Shown: positions 1 through 12,500 of the stretch, in pieces | Layout: the number at the start of each line of letters is the position of its first letter | Numbering within the stretch: position 1 is the first letter of the stretch | Source of the DNA: Paraglomus brasilianum | Taxonomy: Eukaryota | Length of the DNA stretch: 64,000 nucleotides | Reading direction: 5' to 3' | NCBI GenBank assembly: GCA_910592345.1 | Contig: CAJVPI010000036.1 | Span: 1 to 64,000, forward strand | Program-made: the position numbers and the translations under genes | Notes under the pieces: generated by a model | What the model was told of the DNA's origin: nothing | Database searches by the model: none | What the model saw: only the letters and a program-made list of their open reading frames with translations

Positions 1-446
1 TATGAGGGTTTTTATTGACACCTTCTTCAATTAGATCAATATTTCTTTGACTTACAGCTTCATTGGGCCTTCCTGAACGTGGTTTTTCTTCAATATTTTC
101 TTCTCCACTTTCAAACTTATTAATCCACTGTCTGATTGTCACAATTGAAGGTGCATCATTACCCCATGCATGTGACAAAAGTTGGCGAATTTCCTTGGCC
201 TCCATATTGTTCTTCCAGCAGGTAAGAATAAAGAATCTATAATTTTCGCGGGTAATTGAAGCCATTGGTTTTGATATCAGGTTTTTGAAATTAATTTTCT
301 CACGAACTAACAAAGTAATTGCAATAGAGTTTTTTTTCAGGAGAAACTCAAACTCGCACTTTATTTTCATTGGCTTAAAATTTTTTTACAAAATTTCCTT
401 TTTGAGTAAAAAGCAGACGATCAAAACTTTTCAACCGCCCCACGTA
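1..446 (-). mobile_element. 5' end of a mariner-family DNA transposon (TIR plus N-terminal part of the transposase, running off the window)
   Basis: Minus-strand ATG at 265 opens a stop-free frame to base 1: MASITRENYRFFILTCWKNNMEAKEIRQLLSHAWGNDAPSIVTIRQWINKFESGEENIEEKPRSGRP..., typical of the mariner HTH plus GRP linker. TIR-like TA|CGTGGGGCGGTTGAAAAGTTTTGA at 446-421. Confidence 0.85.
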
Positions 447-623
447 ATTACGTTCTCAACTCAAGTACAACCAGATTAACAAAGCTCGGGAGTGGAGAAG
501 GCGTTTCAATGTTAAATTTATTTTGTTTCAGAAATTGCAAAATTGTCAACATTTTATTTAAAGCAGTAAAGGTATGTGAACAGTCCTTTATAAAATAAAA
601 AAACTGCAGCAAGATTATGCTTA

Positions 624-1188
624 TACAGTGTGTAAAGAAATTATTGGCAAAAAAATTGCATAGACTTAAAATCGCATAACTTTCCCAAAATAAACCAATT
701 TACGTAAACTTGATTTTGTTTTGATTACGAGCACCTGCGAGAAACTATATTACATTTTTTGGAACATAGGAGTCCGCTCAGCCAAAGATATTCACAAAGA
801 CACAAAGATTCCATCTATAATAACTTAAAAAAGTTGGCAGTATAGATCACAAAAAAGGAGCAGGTTGACCGAAAAATCACTCTCTATCTCATTGTTGCTG
901 CACTACATCAGTCAGAATATACACTGATTCCACAATTTAAATCCAATAGAAAATCTTTGGAAGGTTGTTCAAAGAAACGTCGAAAAAGAATGCCACAAAT
1001 CAGTAAGATTTAAGTCGTTTTATGGTAGAGGCTATTCCAGAAAACATGTCAATTAATTTAGTACAATTGATAAAGTACAGATATGAGTTAGTTATTGAAA
1101 GCAATGGATAAAGAATAGCATATTAAAATTTTGCCAACAAATAAAGTCTCACCATAGCATAATCATTAGCTTACTTCCAGATACTGTA
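624..1188 (+). mobile_element. Degenerate, internally deleted Tc1-like element
   Basis: Starts TA-CAGTGTGTAAAGAAATTATTGGC and ends CTG-TA. About 930-990 encodes NLNPIENLWKVVQRNVEK, the Tc1 SPDLNPIENLW motif. Closely related sequence at 32430-32543. Confidence 0.75.
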
Positions 1189-2347
1189 TCAAGCGTTTGT
1201 TGATTTGTCCCATATGAATTTTAATAGTATCTCGTCATAATAAAAGCCTTCAGATTGGAAGGTCCATCCAGTTCTCATCTAAGCTTCTATTTCCTCAAAC
1301 GCTAAATTCCTTTCATTCTAACAATCATGATCTGATGTTGTTCACACTTAGTTGCCGTTCCATCATATGATTAGAAATTCCCATTACTCTGTAGAACAGA
1401 TAATAGTGCTTTTTTATGCAAAAATAAACCCACTTATTGGCTTATTCTTCTTTTAAAGTATGATTTGCTAGCTTCCAACAATAAATGTTAATAAAATATC
1501 GGAGATGGACCTATAGATGCAACTATACAGATTATATCCTCACATGCACTTCTCCCTTTTGATCCTCTCTACCACATAATTTCTCCAATCATTAATTTCA
1601 TCGTTGTTTCCCAAACATGTAAGTTTAAACTATTTGCCTGTGTCGAAGTAGGATCTTAGAAGCGTACTGCTGCTGATACTAATGCAGTCATAACTAATTT
1701 GTCAAGTTGTTTAGCACCTTATCCTGACAAATTTGGCCTTGCATATGTAAAACGCAGAAATATGGCGATAGTGCCATGACAAAGACGGGATCAGTCAGTT
1801 GCAAATGTCAAAATAGCCTTCTACTTCATGATGATCAAGAATATCCGCCGAGTGTTAATGGCATATACTGTGTAAACTTTTGTTCCACATTTCATGCAGC
1901 TTTAGAGTCTATATGACTGGCTTGTGAAAGGTTATTAAAGAATTCGAAATTTCGCTCTTTCTGTGTAACAATAACGTCATCTTGGAAGCGCCGTCACACA
2001 CAACAAATATTTCTTCCATGTGATTTACGTAAAAGTCGGTAATGTAGGCAGGAGATCACTCTGCTTATATGACTGTATTACGAGGAAATAAGGAAAAGTC
2101 TATCGGATTGAAGCAAATCTCTAGCGTACAAGACGGGTTCTCAATCACCCCACATTTCGAATTTCTCATCATCCGAATGAATAAGGAAACAAACAATGCA
2201 AAATGACGTTATCGTACAGAAACTGGCACAAAAATGGGCTCAATGTTATGATGTCATCAAACATATTGGTCTATAAATATAAGAAGAGAATAGGGATAGG
2301 CAGACAGAAAACTAAATCACTCCAAACAAGAACAAAAAATCTTATCA

Positions 2348-3284
2348 ATGAAAAAAGTAATAGTTGCTCTAGATGGTTCAGACCATTCGATGTATGCACT
2401 CACATGGGCGTTGAACAATATAATCGATGCTCGCTCAGACACTATCATGCTATTAGCTGTGGGAATATTCAACAACAAATCACCTCCCCTTGAATACTAT
2501 GCTGCTACGCGTGAGTTGACAACTAAAGGTTTGGGTGGTGGAGGATGAATTAGTGACTTGGACCAATTAGTGGTCAGAAAGTATGTGTAGTGAGTAAGTA
2601 GGATCATGCGAATATAGTGAAGAAAGAAGGCCATTGGAATGTTTGATCGTGTACCGATCAATGATGAACCAAACGTACTAATCAAAATTCTTACATGATA
2701 TAGGCAACATTTTGGATGGTGGGCCAACGGAAGCCATACGAAAAAAGGTGAGGGAAAGAGAGTTGGGTAGAATAGACTGATAATCTGTCAATTGATCGTA
2801 TCAAGAAGACAAATCTGTTAATACGCTGTTGCACGTATATCAGGCCGAAGATCAAGCAATGGAGATATTAAAGTGTGGGACAGCCGTTATAAACAAACGC
2901 TATATCTGTGAACAGAAGGTAATATAGTGCATGTTGAGACTAATTAGACTATAAGCATAAGCTGTTATCTATGGCGTTTCTAACTTAATAGCCAGCAACA
3001 CTTCAAATATGTAACGTTGCAACTTATACACACCCTGAATCATTTTGTAGGATCTAAAGCTCGAATGCCATGTCCAACTCAACGAGGATGCAGGAACAAC
3101 AATTACCGAATTCGCCAAGAAGGCTGACGCTGATGTAATTGTCCTAGGTCATCGTGGCACTTCGCTATCCGATGGGGATACTGTTGGAAGCGTTTCACAG
3201 TATTGCTTGCATTCAGCTTCATGTACAGTTGTCATCGTCAGGAAGGAGAGCAAAGTAAAAGAGGAGAAGGCACAAGCCATATGA
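2348..3284 (+). CDS. Universal stress protein (USP/UspA domain), 3 exons (~2348-2510, ~2806-2918, 3051-3284)
   Basis: N-terminus MKKVIVALDGSDHSMYALTWA. Last exon ADVIVLGHRGTSLSDGDTVGSVSQYCLHSASCTVVIVR contains the G-2x-G-9x-GS motif. GT-AG introns keep the frame. Confidence 0.9.
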
Positions 3285-4639
3285 TGATGCGCACTTGTTC
3301 AAGTCGGTGCGTGTAACACGGCTATGTTCTATGAACCGATCTGGGGATAACCTTTTTGTGAAATTACCCTCACATGTACAGATTAAATAATATTTAATAT
3401 CTCGTTCCTATGTATTATATATATTATACATTATTATATATATGTAAATAGACGAATTTTCACATGACGACTTTTTCTTTATTTGATCAGTGATTGTGAA
3501 CTAACTTCATACGACTCGGAGTTGTGGTTTTCCTTGTATGATCGAAAGAAGAATGAGCCGCTCCAGACAAAGATCTTCATATGTCGTTATTGGCACGATA
3601 TTCTTTTATTGCCAGATGGCAAATATGTGTATAGTCATTACTTATTAAAATTTATGCCATCGAAGGTATCTTGTGATTTGAAATCAAATGGATGATTTAA
3701 ATTGGCTCTATTTGCGGCAATTCATGAGACTAGACCTTTTTCTGACGGAATTACAATGTGTGTCAAATATTTGCAACCCTTGTTTGGTATGCAAAACCGA
3801 TTATAACACTAATAAAGTTAGGCCCGGCATAATATTTACAAAAAGAATATGTAATAAGACATACAATATATGTAGATGGCATTCGATACAAAGTTGAGCT
3901 GTGAAAACAGTTTGAGTAGTAGGAGATAATAGAGCCAGAACATACAGATAATAGTTTCAAATGCAATACTGATATGAATTATATGCAGTACACGGGAAAT
4001 TTTTCAGAATCACATGAAAACAATCTCTTTTAAAATACCTCTTTTCAAAATAGAGGCGATTCGCATGCTCTATAATATTACGTGAACACTTTTGATTTGT
4101 GATTTGTTTATTTGTTAAGTTTTAACCATAGCAGTTTATGGGAAATGGTACCCATAATGCTTGTACTTTACAACCGCATTCTGGTAGATCCCAAAAACTT
4201 CTCCTACTAACGATCTCAAGTAACAACAATTCTACTTCCCATTTGACTATTATCCTAATCTCAATATCAGTATTTATACATTACTCAAAACCGTGCGTCT
4301 TCTCACTGAGAGCCATAAAATCAACAAACAAAATTGGCATAAAGTTATTTCTAAGAGGCCATCGGAAAGTGTAGTCAACATTAAAGATTTCCATCAGGCA
4401 GTTAGAATGATCGTATAGATATACTGTTTTTCGTTTCTAAAGAAAAATTACCTTTCAGTTATGAGCTTCAGCTTTTGGCCTTTTAGTAGGAATAATTATT
4501 AAAAATTTATTTAATCTTCGAAAATGCACATTTTACAAATTAAATAAAAACCCATTACCATGATCAGATGTGACTATAGACAACAATCAATGCTTACATT
4601 CTATAGTGATAGGGACTATAATACTGTATATAAGGAAAT

Positions 4640-5640
4640 TTATTGGTAAACATAACTACAGAGGGGCAATCTTTCATTGATAGTATACGATATGCATAAC
4701 CAACTCCCTGTGCCCCACATCATTAAACTTCCACTACCAAATTTGACTGTCCCTTTAACATGTTGCTCTGTCAGTATACCCCCAGGCTTTTTCCATATCC
4801 ACTCATGTCCATCAGACCCTAGACAATTGATTTTGGTCTCATCTGACCAGACAACACGTTTCCAATCTTCTATTGTCCAGTGTTGGTACTTTCTAGCAAA
4901 GTCAAGATGTTGGCAGATATGTCTGGGTAAAGGCGTGGTTTCGGACAGTTGCATTTTCAGCCATCCACTTTTTTGCTGCATCTTTTAAGTTTGCTTTATA
5001 AGGCGCCTTCCCACAATAGTTGAATATTGTATTATTCAGAATGTAAATCACTGTTATTCCATGTTACGTTTGTGATGTTGTTTATTAATGGAAATATATT
5101 TTGCGCCGCCATCGTCGCACCTACTCCAACAACTACCCAGAACGCATCTCTATAAGAGATACCAGAATTTGTATCTCTATATTGGCATCGTCGACACAGT
5201 TGCCGTTTTTTCCGTCTATAATTTAATGCTGTACGCTAGCCGAGTAATTTTGATAATAAAGCAGAGATGCCTTGGTCTAGTATTTATTGTGTTTGTTTAT
5301 GTTGACGAGTTTTAATCGGGTTTCTTTTTCTTTGTTGCAGCCCTCAACCCAGCCTCTTTCAAAGCACGGCGTACTGTCTCAGCACCGACTTCAGCATTGC
5401 TAATGTCCCTTAACTCCTGAGTAACTTGGGTAGCAGAACCATCTACGCTTATCTGTTGGTTTAAGCTTAGTTGGCCGCCACCCTGACTTTTTTGTATGTC
5501 TGGTCTTGACTTTTCACATACTCTATCAACTGTAGCACGACTCACACCCAACTCTGTAGCAATTTTACGTGCTGGCAGTCCCCTATCAAGCAGGGAAACA
5601 ACATTATTATAAAAGTTTCTTCAGAAATGGGTTTTGTGAT
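4640..5640 (-). mobile_element. Disrupted Tc1-family transposase (HTH part and DDE part separated by unrelated sequence)
   Basis: 5312-5551 encodes GVSRATVDRV...VGAETVRRALKEAGLRAATKKKKP. 4690-4945 encodes HLDFARKYQHWTIEDWKRVVWSDETKIN...TVKFGSGSLMMWG, which carries the first catalytic Asp. Confidence 0.85.
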
Positions 5641-6400
5641 GCTACGCTGACGTATTCTCTCCTAAATTTATCCAACGGCGCAGTAACACCAGCGCATTGG
5701 TACACAGCAGTGTTACTCACACGCAGTGCTGCAAAAGTCATAATTGTATACCGATAGATGATTAGAAATAGCTGCTAAGAATAGATCAATTAGTCCGCTA
5801 TAAGTAGCGTAGATTTCAAGAAATCAATAAGTGCATGTTTAGAATGTTCCAATTTCCTTTCGATTCCTTATTATACATAAATGAGTAGTTCTTTATACTC
5901 TGAAATACATTGTTAATGATTCATTCCCTGGTAACTTATCGGTATAGCTGAGAAACCGCTAATCCCTATATCGATGAAGAATAATCGCCTCTTGTCCCGC
6001 GATTATTCGAGTGGCAAATTACGATAATTAATTGTTATGTAGATGCGCATTGATCAATCGACATTGTGAAGAAGCGGGTTTAAATTCTAATTGTTTGTTG
6101 TGCGTCTACAATTTTCGGAATACTGTGTAGTTGGCTTGGCTTATGCAGTCGAGACCAATTGATATTGTAATAGCTGGTAGGCTCACCATGAGCGCGCGAA
6201 CAATTTGTTAGACATTCTGGGCAAATGCATTTGATTAATCGACGTTGTGTTGTGTGGACAATTACGTCTAATTCTGGAACGGATGGCGTATCGGCTTACT
6301 AATACGGTGGAAGCGTTTCTTTTTTTGATTATCAACACCTGGTAGATCCACCTGATTTATTAAAATTTGAAATGGCGTAGACCATTAAGTATTAGTAACT

Positions 6401-6804
6401 TTAATAGGCACGGCTAATTGTTGGGTTTTCTGAAACCGCCCAAATTGACCTGAACCTGGCAATAAAAAGGTCCTTTTGTGCACGACGTTCAAGTTCCGCT
6501 TCAGTCATCAATTCACCAGTGTCTTCCATGATGAAACATCTCTTTTTTGGACGTTTTACAAAATTCGCAAGACTTCCATTATATTAAATCCCGAGATATC
6601 CATGCCATGTGTTATTTCGCACCATGTAAATACGATACCACGATCATCTAAAAACAAACATAACAAACAGTGGGTGAATATTGGTATCACCATATGTTCC
6701 TGATCAACTATCCATTTATCTGTAGGTTCATGGAATTCACGGAACTCGTCTTTATCATTCTTTAGTGCGTCAACCAAGTATGACAAGCTTGGCAATTTCG
6801 GCAT
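6401..6804 (-). pseudogene. Putative SUKH/US22-like (immunity-protein-like) domain, frameshifted near 6573
   Basis: ORF 6556-6804 encodes MVIPIFTHCLLCLFLDDRGIVFTWCEITHGMDISGFNIME. Restoring one G (GAA GT CTT to GAA GGT CTT) continues it as GLANFVKRPKKRCFIMEDTGELMTEAELERRAQK... to TAA at 6403-6401. Confidence 0.45.
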
Positions 6805-7484
6805 GCTTCGTTATTTCCCCCGTTATTAATGACACTGTTCGAGACTTGATAGGGAAATCTGTTCTCCACTTGGCATAAAAAAGTCCAAGCATTCATCTCC
6901 GCGCAATTCCCGAACCCCCAATGTTCTAGAGTTGGAATCACATTCCTTTGTCGGATTTCGACCAACCGTTCCCTTTGTTTCCCGTTGTAAGCTGTAATTG
7001 ATGCACCAAATGCAACGTTGATAATCTTTTCCTGGTTTGATTTCCGAGAGACGTTTATTGCAGCCGGGCGCTTCCAAGATTGGGTTCCATTATATTTATC
7101 CATCGATAAATTTGGTTGAGATGTCGAAAAAGAAACTTCGCCTGACTCTGATATGTGAATTTCTCGGGATGAACGAAAAGTTGGTATTTTTTTTTTCCTT
7201 CGGGAGGGGAAAATTGATCATGTAAAAGTAACAGAGAGCATCCCATGGGCATAAAAAATTTTCTGGTAAAGTTATGTCACGTAGCTTGGAGTCACATGCG
7301 GAAATATTTCTTTGGCAATTTTTAACATCATGAGTAAAGAGCTTATTAAAGAATTGTTTTCTGATATCAAGATTTGGAGTTGATGTAAATTTTTCGTTAA
7401 ACTTTAGACAAAAAATAGTTAGCATAACCCATACCACTACAAATGTTCATATGTCTTATTATTATTTTTAAATTGCTTGGCCAT
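6762..7484 (-). pseudogene. Putative Zn-dependent deaminase-fold protein (YwqJ-like motif pattern), frameshifted near 7100
   Basis: ORF 6762-7103 has WGFGNCAEMNAW followed about 30 aa later by ACRNC, matching [HC]xE...CxxC. Upstream ORF 7096-7437 overlaps it in another frame and probably encodes the N-terminus. Possible start ATG at 7484. Confidence 0.55.
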
Positions 7485-8858
7485 GAGGCCTTTCACAAGA
7501 GAAAAGTGAAGTTGAATTTTATTAATAAAATTTATTGAAATAATTGTTTTTTGCCAAAGTACATAATTAAACTCATTATCATACAAGTGTATTTGCTAAC
7601 GTTTGTACAAGTTAATAAATAATGAGCCAGTTAGTAAACAGCGATCTATTCTCACCTTTTGCTTCGTGTTTTGCGTCTACAATAACGGACTGATTTCGTT
7701 ATTAACGCTCAACTTGTCGTTTCTGGCGCAGTTAATACGAAAATTTGTCATGAACAAGGCTGATATAAATCAAAGTGTGAAATAATATAGGCAGTTATTT
7801 ACAAAAAAATAAAATAAAATCAGAGAGGTGCATGTGTTAATAATCATTATCCATATTCTGGATTATGCGAGTAATTTATAATAATACTCTAGCCCTTTTT
7901 CGAATAAAATATACTGCTTCTTTGTTGGGTCGATGGAACTCAAAAAATCATAATGGTTATCTTTGGTAACATTTCGATCTAATCTGCAAATGTAATAATA
8001 TTAACAAATATTAACCTCACTTATTGTAGGGTATATAAAACACAGCATATTTATGTTATTACAAAGCTGTTGATTGTCTTCTTTCGTTATTCTGTGAACC
8101 AATTAATAACTTTATTTCTTTTTAGAATAAAGGATGTCAAAATGACCCTCCAAAGAAAAAATCTCGTACTTTGGAATATATCGAAACTTGAGTTTATCCT
8201 TTAATTCTGGTTGGTCTTATTGATCTCTTTTATAGTATACGTACGCGTATATGCATTGATAAGACTTGGTAGAATTACGGGTTAGCATTAATTGTGAGTA
8301 CATTCACGTAACTATGCTCTTACTTGACCATGTTCAAATGGAAATTTTGAAGTTTTATTACCGTCAGACAGCTTTTATCAATTGTCCAGACAAGAAACCA
8401 AGTTTTATAAGTTTCGTAGCTGAATCTACCAACCTAGTCACGTTTCAGATTTAATAGACAGTCTAATCTTAAAAGACAAGCACTGTTATTATACTAATCA
8501 GCCGGCATAGTTGTTACGTATTACGGGTTTATTTGATACACCAAAGTATAAAGGATCATAATCACGATATTTATCAATTATAACCTAATCAACCAAACTT
8601 GTTCTTTCCCGTGCTAGAGAAGACTTGTACTTTTATGAAGAACAATGATACTTTAGGGAATGTCACATGTTCATTTTCGATCCATTTGCTTCTTATCACT
8701 TGATTGTCTGTACAACCAACGACAAATCACCAACATTCTTGGATTGAGCACATTCACCTTTCCTCACTTTTTGACGTCTATTCAGAATAATCTACCAACT
8801 TTCTCAAATACTTTATTATTTCTTTCGGAAGCTATCGTCGCTTACACTCAGATTCCCA

Positions 8859-11800
8859 ATGCAATATCTTCCACTCCCAATAAACCTAGATCTACTCGGT
8901 ATGTGCGCGTATCGCGTATTATACTCTATTCATTACTTGCTATTCACGCACAAAACACTTGGTAGATCAACTTGTATATGAATATCTAAGACACGAGGGA
9001 ATTCTTAACGAAGAAAGCGTTATAGACGAGTGGAATAAGAAATATAATAAATGTACACATAATGTAGAAAAACTCTGCAAAATCAATGTGAGTTGATGGC
9101 GAAAAGAATCACGTCACCTTGAAAGTTTGGGGATGGGTTTTGAGAGTAGCAAAAGGCCTAATGCTTGTAAGTTATTAGTATATTATATAATGTGACTTAC
9201 ATGCGCATTATATATTTGATGTAGGAAATAAGGCAACTCATCAATAAAGGCGAGATACAGGCTGCATTCGAATGTATAAATCAAGTATATCCTGAATTAC
9301 TATTGAAGCCAAGATTAACGTTCAGACTATATAAACAGCAGGTAGAGTAGCAGGCGTAATTCTAGTTGACAATGCAATTAATAGCTGACTAGTAGGGTGA
9401 AAGTACATATAAATTTTAAAGGAATTATAGATCACTAATCTCAATTTGCTCAATCTTACCCATACATAACCCATTAATTAAAATGTTGTCGACATCTTAG
9501 TTCATTGAATTATCCCGTGATAAGCAAATCACAAATACAACAGCATTAGAATATCTTCAAAGACATCTCGCTCCGTGTGCACTCTCTTCAGATCCGCACG
9601 CATTCACCGAATTTCAACAGACATTATTATCATTAGTGCTCGGGAATAACACGACCGATGACCACAGTAACAGTAATAGTGTTTTCAACTCGATTCTATC
9701 CGAAGACAATCTTGGTTCCTCGGTCACACCACCAAAGAGTACGAATAAGACAAGCGACGATTGGTCAATACGAAAAAGAGAGGAACTGGCTGATGATGTA
9801 TACAATGTTTTATTGAGAAGTATGGGAATTAGAGAGCCTATACTGGCGCTTGGGATACGGTAGGTTTAGTGAAAAGAGAACACGAGTAACGCAGAACAAT
9901 TTTGGTATGATATGTTTATGTTCTTTATAGCATACCGCGCAATCCTAACTTGATACCTCCCCAATCTCGCATTACCCCCTCCAAAAAAGCTACCTGATAA
10001 TTATCCATAATACATATCACGCGCTCCGAGGAGAGGAAGCATCAATTCCTGAAGCAGCACAGCTTCTACTCCCAGAACGCGACGAGGAAGACGAAAGCGT
10101 TCTATCTCATATGGACGGAATAGCAGGCACTTATGATGGGATTGAAGTGCTGGATACAGATGATATGGAGTAAGTATAGAAAATTGTGAGTAGAGAAGAA
10201 AGATTTTGTTAAAGGGCAACACAATAGAATGGAAAAGCAGGAGATATTGGATGAGAGAGAGACACGACAATCGGTCAATTTGGTTCATGCATACTGATCT
10301 CGAGTTTTTCTGCTTGTTTCTAATTACCCAGGATTGACCAAGAAGCCGTTATGCTTTTAGCTCAGGTTGGGATGATTGCACGCGACATTTATCTCATTCT
10401 CGTTAATCCGGCAACATAGCACATTATTTGCTCAATTCTCACACGAATATACTACATTCCTCTCGATTTCATTATTCCTAACAACCCAGACTGTCGGCAT
10501 ATCTCGCCTACAAGCTCGAATGTCCGTAAAGCGGGCGCATGGTTCTTCCTCGGAAGCGTTATTTAATGAACTTTCCCGGATGCGCATTTCTCGCTCACTT
10601 CTTAATGCACTCTGCATCAATTATTACGTTCAACGCACCGCGTTTCCATCTTCCTCTCAACCCCTCCCGTCGTATTCATTTCCTTCTAATTCGTCTTCGC
10701 CTATGCTCACACCAAGCACAACCTTGTTAAATACATACCAGCCTCAATCGAGCAATGATTCGATTGAAAGAGTCGGCACCTGCGTTCGAGAAATTGTCAT
10801 GAAAGGGGAAGGAAACGTCGCAAAGAGAGTTCTAGAGCATTTGAGTACAAGTGGTGTGACATCAGTTTACGATAAATTATGCAAGTGGAACAGAGAGAAC
10901 GAAGGCATAAAGTGTAAAAATGCGAGTTCGAGAGAGCGTAAGATTGGAGGAAAGCAAAAGAACTGGAGTAAGGACAACGATAGCAACGTGGGGAGGAATG
11001 ACAACTTTGAGGACAAAATTGAAAACGAAACGATGGATGATGCATTCGTACAGGATACTGCATTCCCGTATGAAGATTTGGAAAAAACTCCCGTCTCTCC
11101 ACGCTTGTGGTTTGCTTGGAAGCAATGCGAGTTTTTGGAACATTTACGCGTAAATGAATGGGACCAGGCTGTAAGGATATTGAGAGAGGAAATGAGTAAG
11201 TAAATGGGTAAAATACGTGTGCGAGTGAAACTTTTTCGCGGTAGTCGATTTGCACGAAAATTCTATTTCATATTAAATGTCTTTCGCTTCTTCTAACATC
11301 TACTCACCCGTCTGTTCCCTCGCCTAGGTCCACTGACGATAACATACCCTGATCTCTTAGACCCGCTCAAAGACTGTACTCTTCTCATTGTATACCGTAA
11401 CTCGACTAAAACGCCGCTTTCCTTTTTGCGCACCTTGTTTACTCGCGAGAGAAGTAACAATTGTGCAGTCGCGGAAGAGAGGAGTATTGGAAATGACGAG
11501 AGAGGGCAAGAGAGAGAGATGGTGAATGTAAGAGAAGTTATTGATGGAATTTATGCGAATGTAAGTCAGTTTAAAATATATGAAACCGTGGTTTGCATGA
11601 TACGTTTATTAGTTTTCTAATAGTCTTACATATGGTCTTTTTTTTTTTTTACTACGCTCAACAACGTCTATCGATTTTTTCCTGCAACATCTCTCCTCCA
11701 GTTCAATCCCCAAACCCTCATTCGCCCTCTCTTGACCTCTCTGGCCAGTAGTTCATATTCTCCCTTCGCTACCACTTCCAAAGATGCCGCTTCCCCACCT

Positions 11801-12500
11801 TCTCTTCCATCGCCTATAGTACCGTCCCTTGTGGTTCTTTTTTCCCATTTGCTTGATATTCATTCTAAATGGTTCGAATATCAACAAAGCGAAGATATAT
11901 TCCAAAGTCTCTTTCATTTGGATGAGTTGAAAAAGTTGGAGTATTTCCGGGTACCTTTACGACTATGGAAGAACGGAAGTGCGGGTAACATGGATGAAGG
12001 GGTTGTTGAGGATAACGAGGATGATGTAATGATGCAAGAGGATGAATTCGGCGAAGAGGAATTGCGAATGGCTGAAGCAAGTGAGTTTATTTATACTTTA
12101 ATTTGGGAAGAGACAGTTTGCACCTCTACTGGCAAGCTGTATACGATTGTAAAATAGACGGAAATTATAACCAGAGAAAACCTTTTGATCGTTCGTTATA
12201 ATATGAACGTGATTTCTATTATAGTAGATTGAATAATTTCTTGGATCGTGTTTGTGCTTTGCTTACATGTTTCTGATGTGTATTCAAATTTAGATGCAGT
12301 CAGGTTTAATATCGCCGATAATGTAATTACACATATCCAGGAAGTGATGGCATGGCCTAGAGTACAAGGTAATTTAATGGAAATTCAGTAATTTGTAGTC
12401 ACCCAATCATTACTTACTGTCAAATCACCATTTTTCAGCAATCAACATGCTCATTGAACATGGAGGCAATCCAGAGACCCTCTTAAATGCGATATTCTGA
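8859..12500 (+). CDS. Multi-exon protein with tandem LisH-CTLH-CRA modules and UBA-like helical segments (GID/CTLH-complex-type)
   Basis: Spliced reading: LDQLVYEYLRHEG (LisH), EIRQLINKGEIQAAFECINQVYPELL (CTLH), RLYKQQFIEL...ALEYLQRHLAP...WSIRKREELADDV (CRA), second module LLNALCINYYVQR...WKQCEFLEHLRVNEWDQAVRILREEM, C-terminus WPRVQAINMLIEHGGNPETLLNAIF*. Confidence 0.85.

Noticed and set aside
1190..1950. Gene-like fragments on the minus strand
   Set aside because: Stops in all frames and no recognisable motif.
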